DNA of 64,000 nucleotides from Dehalococcoidia bacterium (GTDB lineage Bacteria; Chloroflexota; Dehalococcoidia; UBA6926): NCBI GenBank assembly GCA_965243495.1, contig CBDEUZ010000007.1, positions 1,511,743 to 1,575,742 of the forward strand, read 5' to 3'. Shown piece by piece: positions 55,802 to 64,000 of this stretch (position 1 is its first letter; each line of letters starts with the position of its first letter). The notes under the pieces were generated by a model. It saw only the letters and a program-made list of their open reading frames with translations, ran no database searches and was not told where the DNA came from. The position numbers and the translations under genes were made by a program.

Positions 55802-57013
55802 ATGACCACTGACGTTTCCAGCGAAAACACCGACCAGACGGAAGAGTTGCAGGAAGATCAGCAAGGCTACAAAATTCTCGTCGTAGATGACGAGCCTGAC
55901 CTTGAGCCCCTTGTCCGTCAGCGCATGCGTCGGGAGATTCGATCTGGTCGGTACAGCTTCGTATTTGCCCATAATGGCGTAGAAGCTCTTAAGGAATTAG
56001 AAGACGACGACGACATTGATATGGTGTTGTCCGACATCAACATGCCCCAGATGGATGGGCTTACCCTTCTACAGGAGATTCCGAAAGCAAAGCCCAATGT
56101 CCGCTCTGTCATAATCTCCGCCTACGGAGACATGCAGAATATCCGCACCGCAATGAATCGTGGTGCATTTGATTTCATTACCAAGCCGGTGGACTTCGAT
56201 GATCTACGGGTCACCATTGATCGAACCCTGCGGCATATCCAGGAATTGCGTGATGCCCTTAGTGTTCGCGATCGCTTGGTTGCCATCCAAAATGAGTTGG
56301 ATGTCGCAAAGAATATGCAACAGTCTATCCTGCCAACGGTTTTCCCGTCCGGCTCCGGATATTCGGTCTATGGCACCATGCGCCCCGCGAGGAATATTGG
56401 AGGCGATTTCTTCGACCTAATGCGCCTCCAGTTCGACCGCATCGGACTTGTCGTTGCGGATGTGTCCGACAAAGGAGTTGCCGCCGGACTCTTCATGATG
56501 TCCTCCCGCACCTTGCTCAAGGGTGCCGCCGTAGGCAAAGGCCATCCCGGTGAAGTCCTGACCGAAGTCAACAGCCTCTTGGTCGAAGACAATGAAACGG
56601 GCATGTTCGTTACGGTTCTCTACTCCGTTTTCGATCCCCGATCCGGCCGACTGACCTATGCCAGCGGCGGGGAAAATCCGCCTGTGCTCATCCGTGCGGA
56701 CGGCTCCTCAGAGGAGCTGCCTCTTACCCAAGGGATTGTCTTAGGTGTTGCACCGGAATATGAATACATGGAAAACAGTGTGGAACTTGCGCCTGGCGAC
56801 AGCGTTATTTTTGTGACAGACGGCGTCACTGAGGCCATGAACGAAGCTCAGGAACCGATGGGCATACAGAGGGTCCGCGATCACTTTGCACAATCGCCGC
56901 CCAAAGACCCGGAAAGCACTGCTCTTGCTGTCATTGATGTGATCAAGGAATTTGCTGGCCCTGCGGCGCAGCATGATGACATCACCTGTCTCGTTTTGCG
57001 CAGGGACGACTAG
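55802..57013 (+). CDS. response-regulator receiver fused to PP2C/SpoIIE-type phosphatase (RsbU-like)
   Basis: Receiver domain (KILVVDDEPD…D…K) followed by PP2C motifs (GGDFFD, VADVSDKG, FVTDGVTEA). Confidence 0.8.
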   Translation: MTTDVSSENTDQTEELQEDQQGYKILVVDDEPDLEPLVRQRMRREIRSGRYSFVFAHNGVEALKELEDDDDIDMVLSDINMPQMDGLTLLQEIPKAKPNVRSVIISAYGDMQNIRTAMNRGAFDFITKPVDFDDLRVTIDRTLRHIQELRDALSVRDRLVAIQNELDVAKNMQQSILPTVFPSGSGYSVYGTMRPARNIGGDFFDLMRLQFDRIGLVVADVSDKGVAAGLFMMSSRTLLKGAAVGKGHPGEVLTEVNSLLVEDNETGMFVTVLYSVFDPRSGRLTYASGGENPPVLIRADGSSEELPLTQGIVLGVAPEYEYMENSVELAPGDSVIFVTDGVTEAMNEAQEPMGIQRVRDHFAQSPPKDPESTALAVIDVIKEFAGPAAQHDDITCLVLRRDD

Positions 57014-57022
57014 GACGGCACC

Positions 57023-57433
57023 GTGGACATCTCTATGACCATTGAGTCCAAGCACGACGAGTTGGATCGGATCACTGCCGCCATAGAAGAGCTCGGTGAA
57101 GAGAGCGGATGGCCGCTTGAGTTGACCTACAAGATCAACCTTGTTCTTGAAGAACTAGCCCTCAATATCATGAACTATGGCTACACCGATGAAGAGGTAC
57201 ACTATATCGATTTGTCCGTGAAGACTGAGGACGCCAAAGTTACGATAGAGATTGTCGATGATGGGCGGCCTTTCAATCCGATCAATGACGCGCCTCACCC
57301 TGACCTCGAGGGGCCAATGATGGATCGGCGGATTGGGGGATGGGGTATCCACATCGTCCGAACAATCATGGATGATGTTTCCTACGTTCGGGCAGACAAC
57401 AAGAACAGGATGAAGTTGGTCGCCAAACTTTAG
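57023..57433 (+). CDS. anti-sigma regulatory factor / Ser-protein kinase (RsbW/SpoIIAB-like HATPase)
   Basis: Small GHKL ATPase (…LALNIMNYG…IVDDGRPFNP…GGWGIHIV…). Confidence 0.7.
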   Translation: MDISMTIESKHDELDRITAAIEELGEESGWPLELTYKINLVLEELALNIMNYGYTDEEVHYIDLSVKTEDAKVTIEIVDDGRPFNPINDAPHPDLEGPMMDRRIGGWGIHIVRTIMDDVSYVRADNKNRMKLVAKL

Positions 57434-57445
57434 CGGCGAGGCGGA

Positions 57446-58684
57446 ATGGTGAAGCCCAAGCTGGCCCGGATTGTGTTTGCCGTAGCCGTCGGAGCCATGA
57501 TGCTGTTGATTGGCTGCATACCAGAAATCAGTCTACCCACAGACGACGAGGTTCCGACTGCGGAGCCTGATTCAATCCAGGATCAAATTGCGGAAACACC
57601 GGGCGTCACACATGATCAGGTTCTGTTCGGCCAGTCTGTCGATTTCGGCGAGATTGGTACAAGCCTCCAGATTGGAATCGAGGCCGCATTCAACGAGATT
57701 AATTCTCGAGGTGGAGTGAACGGACGTAAGCTAAGCCTCATCACACTGGACGACGACTACGATCCGGCAAAGGCGCTCAGGAATACAGACCGTTTCATCG
57801 AAGAGGACCAGATCTTCGCGATTCTTGGGTCAGCGGGCACTCCAACAGTCCGCGCGGTGCTACCTGTAGCGGCGGAGGCGGGAGTCCCGGTTATCGCCCC
57901 ATACACAGGTGCGGAATTCCTGCGTGAGGGCGCGCCGGACAACGTGATAAACCTTCGCGCTTCCTATAAGCAGGAGACGCAGGCAGTCATCGACTATCTT
58001 ATTGACAGACGCGGAGTAACACGCATTGGCTTGCTTTATCAGGATGATGCCTTTGGACGGAGCGGTTACGCGGGGGCACGCCAGGCTTTGAGATCACATG
58101 ACATGGAGCCTATTGCTGTGGGGCTCTATACCCCGAATACGAATGCGATCAAGTCAGCCCTTCTGGACATTGTGCCTGCCCATCCGGAGGCGGTGCTGCT
58201 GATCGGTACGTTTGAGCCTGCTGTGACCATGATCAAGTGGGCCAACCGAACCGGTCTGCATACACAGTTCTACACGGTTTCCGTGGCAGCTAACAGACGT
58301 CTGTTGGAACAGTTGGGGAACGGTGGCGCAGGAGTGTATGCAACACAGGTCATGCCTCTGGTAACCGAGCAGACTGAACAGATTGCGGTGACCTTTGAGA
58401 ACGCGCTTCGCGCCTACGATGCAGATGCGGAGGCCAACGTCTATTCACTTGAAGGATATATTGCAGCCAGGCTTGCAGCCGTGGGTATTGCGGCTTGCCG
58501 TGAGGAACTGAATCGGGAGTGCTTCCTGCGTTCATTGCAGAACTCCCATTTACTCAATATCGACGGGTTCAGGCTGCAGTTCGGGGAGAATGATAACCAG
58601 GGTTCGGACGCCGTTTACCTCACCGTGATTGGCGCTGATGGCGCTTATCACCCCGTTGAAACGCTGGTGGAGTCGGCATCATGA
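57446..58684 (+). CDS. ABC-type periplasmic substrate-binding protein (branched-chain amino-acid/LivK-like, Peripla_BP_6)
   Basis: Signal/lipoprotein-like N-terminus followed by a type-I PBP fold pattern. The stop overlaps the histidine kinase start (ATGA). Confidence 0.7.
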   Translation: MVKPKLARIVFAVAVGAMMLLIGCIPEISLPTDDEVPTAEPDSIQDQIAETPGVTHDQVLFGQSVDFGEIGTSLQIGIEAAFNEINSRGGVNGRKLSLITLDDDYDPAKALRNTDRFIEEDQIFAILGSAGTPTVRAVLPVAAEAGVPVIAPYTGAEFLREGAPDNVINLRASYKQETQAVIDYLIDRRGVTRIGLLYQDDAFGRSGYAGARQALRSHDMEPIAVGLYTPNTNAIKSALLDIVPAHPEAVLLIGTFEPAVTMIKWANRTGLHTQFYTVSVAANRRLLEQLGNGGAGVYATQVMPLVTEQTEQIAVTFENALRAYDADAEANVYSLEGYIAARLAAVGIAACREELNRECFLRSLQNSHLLNIDGFRLQFGENDNQGSDAVYLTVIGADGAYHPVETLVESAS

Positions 58685-61017
58685 AGATTCCGTTGGTCGG
58701 AACAATTCGCGGGTTGTTGCCAGGGGGGCCAGGGCAGTCAGCCTCGAGTGACGGTGGCGCACAAGACACTGCGTCAGACGAATGGCATGCTCCCCCCGTG
58801 AGCGGGATTTGGGGAAAGATCCTCGGGCGCATTCGCATTGCGACACAGCTGTATCTCAGTATCGGCGGCGCAGTTATGCTCACTTTGTTGGCCAGCTTGG
58901 TGGCGTGGTTCTCATTCAACAGCATTAATGATGCCCAGGATCAAGTAAATGAGGGCAGTGTGCCGGAACTGGCGTCCGCATTTGGTATTGCCCAGTACGG
59001 ACAGACTCTCGTCGCCGCCGCACCAAGTCTGACTGCGGCGGATAACAGGCAAGAATTTCAGCGGGTTGTTGGGGAAATCGATTCTGCCTATGACGAGTTT
59101 GAGGGTCAGATGGCAGCACTGGAAGCCCAGCCTGGTGTTGATCCTGAGCGCATCCGCGTGATTAGGGATTACGCAAATACCCTTCTCTCAAACATCGACT
59201 CCATCGCTGCGCAAACAGACGGCACCTTTGAATTAATTGATCTGAGTAGCGCTCACCAAATCAAACTCACCAATCTTGGAATCCAGCTCAACGGCGTTCT
59301 CGTCCCAGCCATAGATGACCAGTTCTTTTTCATCATGACGGGCTTTCCTGGCATCGACCAGAATCAGGCCCAAAGGCTTGAACATTTCTCAGAAGAACAG
59401 GTTGAGAGGTATCGGCGCCTTGTCGAGATTCAATCGGAAGTCAAGATTGGCGGCGAACAGCTGGCGAGCGCGTTTACCGCAACTGACCCCAGGCTGGTGG
59501 ATTCCTTGAGAGCCGAGTTTGAGGCGGCGACGAGCAGAATTGACCGCAATATGGACTTTCTCTCGGGTACGGAGATTCATGGGCAGGCCCAACCCATCTT
59601 GAGCGAATTCTTTGCCCTGGGCCTAAGCGAGGACGGAATCTATGATGTCGTCCTTCAATCACTCCAGATCGCGAACGCTCAGCGACAACTGCTTGAAAGC
59701 AACCGTGCCCTTTCGATTGAGTTGTTGGCTGAAGTGGACGGCCTTGTTATAGCGTCACAGGAAGGAACCGTGACGGCGACGGCGGCCTCTGCTCAGGCAA
59801 TACGTACAGGGCGGATTCTATTGGTCGTGATTACGGCACTGAGCGTAGTCGGGGCGCTGCTGGTGATTTGGCTATTCATCGGTCGCATTTTGCTCCGCCG
59901 CCTGAATACCCTATCCAACCGCATGCAGAGTATGGCTGAGGGTGATCTGGAATCATCTGTCGATATTGGCGGTCAAGATGAAGTTGCCGTTATGGCGTCC
60001 GCACTTGAGGTTTTTCGGAGGCACGCGCTGGAGGTTCAACGCCTGAATCTAGTGGAGCAGCTCGCCAATGAAGTGCAGGACAAGAATGAAGAACTTGAGG
60101 GAGTCTTGGGCGAGCTGCGGCAAGCTCAAGGGCAGATCGTCCTTAGAGAGAAACTGGCCGCGCTGGGTGAGTTGACAGCCGGCGTCGCTCACGAAATTCG
60201 CAATCCACTCAACTTCATGAACAACTTCTCAGAAGCGTCACAGGAACTTGTCGATGAACTCAAGGAAATCCTCGACGATCCAAAGTTCGAGTTGTCAGAC
60301 GATCAGCGATCCTATGTTGACGAAGTTGTAGGTGACCTCCACGCCAACCTCGGCCGGATCAAATCCCATGGGGACAGGGCCAATCGCATCGTCCATGACA
60401 TGCTCCAGATTGGCCGCGATACCGGCGAGTGGGAACAGGTCGATATGAACATCCTTGTCGACCAACAGTATCGCCTCGCCTACCATAGCCAACGCGCGAC
60501 TGACGCTGATTTCAACCTGACCACGGAAGAAGACTACGATCCAAACATCGGCACGGTGGAGGTGATTCCCCAAGAGTTGGGCCGCGTATTCCTCAATATG
60601 GTGGCGAATGCGTGCTATGCCACAGACCTTCGTCGCAAGAACCTGGCTGCTGAAGGCAACACAGGTGACTATACTCCAATGCTATGGCTAAAGACGCGCC
60701 GTGAAGAGGACAAGATACGCGTCACGATTCGTGACAACGGGGTTGGCATGCCCGATGAGGTGAAGGAGAAGATTTTCAATCCATTCTTCACAACAAAACC
60801 GCCGGAAAAGGGGACAGGCCTCGGCCTTGCAATATCCAATGACATTGTCCGACGGCATGGCGGATCCATCTCGGTGGAATCAGTGCCGAACGAGTTTACG
60901 GAGATGTACATTGATATCCCATTGCAATCGGGGAAGGACCTTATGGCGGAAGAAGTGGCTGAAACGCAGGGAAATGATCCCCAGCAGGCAGAGACTGCAA
61001 TTGCGGCAGAAGACTAG
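58681..61017 (+). CDS. sensor histidine kinase (periplasmic sensor, TM, HAMP, HisKA, HATPase_c)
   Basis: H-box AHEIRNPLNF; N, G1 and G2 boxes (…DNGVGMP…, GTGLGLAI); two TM segments flanking a ~300-aa extracytoplasmic domain. Confidence 0.85.
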   Translation: MKIPLVGTIRGLLPGGPGQSASSDGGAQDTASDEWHAPPVSGIWGKILGRIRIATQLYLSIGGAVMLTLLASLVAWFSFNSINDAQDQVNEGSVPELASAFGIAQYGQTLVAAAPSLTAADNRQEFQRVVGEIDSAYDEFEGQMAALEAQPGVDPERIRVIRDYANTLLSNIDSIAAQTDGTFELIDLSSAHQIKLTNLGIQLNGVLVPAIDDQFFFIMTGFPGIDQNQAQRLEHFSEEQVERYRRLVEIQSEVKIGGEQLASAFTATDPRLVDSLRAEFEAATSRIDRNMDFLSGTEIHGQAQPILSEFFALGLSEDGIYDVVLQSLQIANAQRQLLESNRALSIELLAEVDGLVIASQEGTVTATAASAQAIRTGRILLVVITALSVVGALLVIWLFIGRILLRRLNTLSNRMQSMAEGDLESSVDIGGQDEVAVMASALEVFRRHALEVQRLNLVEQLANEVQDKNEELEGVLGELRQAQGQIVLREKLAALGELTAGVAHEIRNPLNFMNNFSEASQELVDELKEILDDPKFELSDDQRSYVDEVVGDLHANLGRIKSHGDRANRIVHDMLQIGRDTGEWEQVDMNILVDQQYRLAYHSQRATDADFNLTTEEDYDPNIGTVEVIPQELGRVFLNMVANACYATDLRRKNLAAEGNTGDYTPMLWLKTRREEDKIRVTIRDNGVGMPDEVKEKIFNPFFTTKPPEKGTGLGLAISNDIVRRHGGSISVESVPNEFTEMYIDIPLQSGKDLMAEEVAETQGNDPQQAETAIAAED

Positions 61018-61108
61018 ACCTGTGGTCTTCTCAATGAGGCACTGTCAATAAATCTAAGGGGGATAGCCCAGCGGACTATCTCCTATACCGTTGCGCGCGT
61101 ACTGTTTG

Positions 61109-61966
61109 CTAAGACTTGGAGCCGGTGGAGTTCTGGGAAACCGCGGGCATATTTGAGTGTTCGCCCGCGGCCGGTGCGGATATCGTCTTGAATGTGCCCA
61201 CAAGTTCCGAGACTCGATGTTCCTCCAGGTCGAGTGAAAGACGAGCAAGGTTCACAGTATCCGGGAGTACGATGCCGCCTGAGAACACAAGCCTCATGGC
61301 ATCGTCGGGATTGAGGTTCGTCTCAATGACGTCGTCTTCGAATACGAAGGCCATGTTGCCGGAGGTAGGGTTAGGAATCGTTGGGATATAGACGCTCACC
61401 ATGGTCGCATTTGTCTCTGGCGAATAGATACGCCCGGTAACGAAACCGAGCGCCATCATTCCTTCTCGGGGCCACTCAACAAAGACAACACGACTGAAAT
61501 TTGCTTGGGTGCCCCTGATAGATGTCATTGCTTTCTTCATCATGCTAAAAATCAGTTTCACAATAGGCAGCGCGGACAGAAAGCCGCTAAAGCCGTTCAT
61601 GATTCTTCGGCCGATGGTGAATGAAAGGAGAACGCCCACCAAATAGAAAACAATCAGAAGAACGATTGCGCCAACTCCCCAAAAATCGGCGCTTAAACTG
61701 ATGGCGGTTCCCCCGATTGTGAAATTTATCGTCGGCAGTCCCAACAGTCGAATAATGGGTCGGATCAGAGCGTCGGCGTAGCCAACCAGGAATGCAATGG
61801 CGGCGATCGTAACGAGCAGTGGAACGAGCTCAAAGAACCCGTCCATGATATGTTTCCGAATGTGCTCCTCCGCATACGAAACTCTATGTTTCGTGCCGGA
61901 CTGCCTCTCGTCTACTGCCGCTTCTTGGTTGGTGGTTTCTTCCATACCACTGTTATCCGTACTCAA
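61109..61966 (-). CDS. DUF502-like membrane protein
   Basis: Two N-terminal TM helices and a conserved cytoplasmic domain pattern; the assignment is tentative. Confidence 0.4.
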   Translation of the reverse strand: MSTDNSGMEETTNQEAAVDERQSGTKHRVSYAEEHIRKHIMDGFFELVPLLVTIAAIAFLVGYADALIRPIIRLLGLPTINFTIGGTAISLSADFWGVGAIVLLIVFYLVGVLLSFTIGRRIMNGFSGFLSALPIVKLIFSMMKKAMTSIRGTQANFSRVVFVEWPREGMMALGFVTGRIYSPETNATMVSVYIPTIPNPTSGNMAFVFEDDVIETNLNPDDAMRLVFSGGIVLPDTVNLARLSLDLEEHRVSELVGTFKTISAPAAGEHSNMPAVSQNSTGSKS

Positions 61967-62172
61967 CGGCCCACCCCCTTGTGTTCACAGATGAACGAGT
62001 CCCGTCAACCACGCTGATGCGAGCGGCACGCTCAGTCACTGGCTGCGAAAGTACTCTAGCATATGCCCTGTCTGATTGAGGTGGACTGTAACTAGGCTTG
62101 AAGACATAGCAAGTAGCTCATGCCTATTGAGAAGATCTGGACAAAAATAATCGGTTCGTTCTCATCATTGTG

Positions 62173-62247
62173 TGGAGCCAGCGATCGGATTTGAACCGAT
62201 GGCCTGCGGTTTACGAAACCGCTGCTCTACCCCTGAGCTACGCTGGC
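62173..62247 (-). tRNA. tRNA-Thr (anticodon CGT)
   Basis: Reverse complement GCCAGCGTAGCTCAGGGGTAGAGC…, anticodon loop TTCGTAA, T arm GGTTCAAATCC, CCA. Confidence 0.75.
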
Positions 62248-62328
62248 CTGAAACATATCCACAATTGAGGAATGCGGTGTGCGAACCCTGACCCAATTCT
62301 ATCAAATGAGTCCTGTATCCTTGGCTGA

Positions 62329-62943
62329 ATGGATACTCGCTCAGTTGCTGTTGTTGTCGTTATTGCGACCTTCTTTGTACTTACTCTTGGAGCATGCAAT
62401 TCGTCTGACGCGTCAATATCTGTGCCGCCCACCAATTCCCCGCGTCCGGATATTCGTGTTCTCCCACCGACAGTCACTGCAGCACCTTCTCCGATTTCGA
62501 CTCTCTCGCCAACACCAACACCGTCACCACTTGAGCAAGGATTTCTGACCATCAAGGACATAGAGGATGCTGCATCAGTCCGGGAGATGTCCTTAAAGGG
62601 TCATGTTTTTGTACTGGAAATCGCTGACACGCCGGCTGAGCGGGCAGTCGGCCTGATGCATCGTGAAAGTCTCGCTGGAAACGCAGGAATGCTATTCGTC
62701 TTCTCGCAGGAAGCGCCACTCAACTTCTGGATGAAGAACACCCTGATTCCCCTGGACATCCTTTACATGGATTCCTCCGGTGTCGTCGTGGACATCCAGA
62801 CGATGGCGCCTCAACCGGGCGTGCCGGATTCTGAACTAAGGAGTTATCCGAGTGCCGAGCCGGCGCAGTACGCGCTGGAGATCAACGCTGGTCTTGCGAA
62901 ATCACTTGGCTTCGCGGTTGGGGATCAGGCCTACTTCCGCTGA
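62329..62943 (+). CDS. DUF192 (COG1430) family lipoprotein
   Basis: Lipobox …LTLGAC… followed by the DUF192 core …ADTPAERAVGLMHRESLAGNAGMLFVFS…IPLDILYMD…. Confidence 0.65.
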   Translation: MDTRSVAVVVVIATFFVLTLGACNSSDASISVPPTNSPRPDIRVLPPTVTAAPSPISTLSPTPTPSPLEQGFLTIKDIEDAASVREMSLKGHVFVLEIADTPAERAVGLMHRESLAGNAGMLFVFSQEAPLNFWMKNTLIPLDILYMDSSGVVVDIQTMAPQPGVPDSELRSYPSAEPAQYALEINAGLAKSLGFAVGDQAYFR

Positions 62944-62963
62944 CGGATTGAGCGTGCGAAGGA

Positions 62964-63617
62964 TCAGCTCGCCGCGTTAGCGATGCGTTCGCCCCGACCT
63001 CGCGCGAACCTGGTGGCTTCCCGCGCGAGGGCGGCGATTCCTGTTGTCGGCACCGTGATCGTGCGCGGTCCCGCGTAGAGATTCGTCACGCGATGTTGTG
63101 CGGGAGTGCCTGCCCAGATCAGGATGACATCGCCCCATTTCAGATCGCTTGCGGCATCCCGCTGATTGGCGTTGCCAAGCCCATTGACGAATCGCCACTC
63201 AACCGATCGAGGCGCAATCTGACGTATTCGTGCCCATTTCGGGTTGGTGCCCCCAACCACGACAGCACGCGAGAGTCCGGCTCCGCTCATAGCGACGGCC
63301 ATCTCATTCAAAGCGCGACGATCGACGGAACCGCCGCACACCTCGCAGGCGTCGCGCTCTACAAGGATGAGCACGCGTCGCTCAGAGATTTGTCGCTCCT
63401 GCTCATGCAGCGTTTCCTGGCACCCCTGATTCGCACAGTGAGATGCAAGCCGTCTCTCCAGGGCTTCCCCAGCGTCCGGCTCCTTGTGGACGGCCATGTT
63501 CGTCCTTCCGGCCCGCGTGAACCCTGTATCTTCCAGGACTGCGCGCGCAATCGCTTGCTGCTCCGCGCCGGAGATACCAAGCGAGTTCAGAAAGACCGTT
63601 ATGGGTCGATTCTTCAT
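62964..63617 (-). CDS. hypothetical protein
   Basis: 217-aa ORF with coding-like composition and no motif I can assign. Confidence 0.4.
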   Translation of the reverse strand: MKNRPITVFLNSLGISGAEQQAIARAVLEDTGFTRAGRTNMAVHKEPDAGEALERRLASHCANQGCQETLHEQERQISERRVLILVERDACEVCGGSVDRRALNEMAVAMSGAGLSRAVVVGGTNPKWARIRQIAPRSVEWRFVNGLGNANQRDAASDLKWGDVILIWAGTPAQHRVTNLYAGPRTITVPTTGIAALAREATRFARGRGERIANAAS

Positions 63618-63738
63618 GCATCCATTATCAAGGATGCGGCAAGGATGGCGGGGGCAGCGGACTGGCAGATAAGGAGCGTAGTGCCTGTGGCGCAGAAAGG
63701 CAGTGTTATGGCTATAGTGGAAGAGACGAAGGTGTCAC

Positions 63739-63814
63739 GCCCCCATCGTCTAGTGGCCTAGGACTGCGGCCCTTCAAGCCGCCGACAGGGGTTCGAGTCC
63801 CCTTGGGGGCACCA
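63739..63814 (+). tRNA. tRNA-Glu (anticodon TTC)
   Basis: GCCCCCATCGTCTAGTGGCCTAGGAC…, anticodon loop CCTTCAA, T arm GGGGTTCGAGTCCCC, CCA. Confidence 0.75.
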
Positions 63815-63827
63815 ATTGCAAATGTGT

Positions 63828-64000
63828 TAATTCGGATAATCCGCCAGGCCGGGACCCTCTTCCATGTCCGCAACCATGTCTGCCATCGTCACGGTTTTTG
63901 CCCATTCAAGCAAGCCAATCTGCTCATAGGCGTTCACCCCGCGTGATTCCATGCTCATCACCGGCTCGTGCATGGGATCCTCGTGTTCGCACAGCAATTT
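63828..64000 (-). CDS. 3' end of a minus-strand gene continuing beyond the window (unknown product)
   Basis: Open frame from the window end down to the stop at 63828 (…EGPGLADYPN*); not in the track because it is partial. Confidence 0.3.

Overview
High-GC bacterial chromosomal segment. The lineage cannot be fixed from sequence alone; the gene content (LLM-class oxidoreductase, GYD protein, several enoyl-CoA hydratase paralogs) would fit a Chloroflexota-like organism, but this is a guess. The core backbone carries an FtsX-type ABC exporter with two ATPase genes, otsB and otsA (trehalose synthesis), ada, an MscS channel, glmS-uppP-glmU (cell-wall precursors), apt, metF, a STAS/RR-PP2C/anti-sigma-kinase partner-switching module followed by an overlapping SBP-histidine kinase pair, and five tRNAs (Gly-TCC, Gln-TTG, Leu-CAA, Thr-CGT, Glu-TTC). 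Three tandem enoyl-CoA hydratase paralogs (17.2-20.0 kb) and a fourth paralog (44.4 kb) bracket a ~23 kb accessory island (~21.06-44.22 kb). By eye the island is AT-richer in several genes. It opens with a large serine recombinase and a large multi-wHTH Replic_Relax-like protein and is packed with defence-type genes: an ABC-ATPase with an overlapping small PD-(D/E)xK-like protein; a DUF4258/DUF2283-HTH toxin-antitoxin-like pair; a TIR-like protein convergent with a 2-TM protein; a five-gene minus-strand operon (C5-MTase fused to an HhH-GPD [4Fe-4S] glycosylase, a GHKL/MORC-like ATPase, a Z1 P-loop protein, a PD-(D/E)xK protein and an AIPR protein); a GIY-YIG protein; and a 1119-aa secreted protein with RCC1-like repeats flanked by a 47-bp direct repeat. 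Several families of short palindromic REP/MITE-like elements are scattered through intergenic regions. They include a 3x tandem composite array that mimics a CRISPR, a ~680 bp cluster upstream of glmS, and an apparent in-frame insertion inside uppP. A BrnT/BrnA pair sits beside tRNA-Gly.
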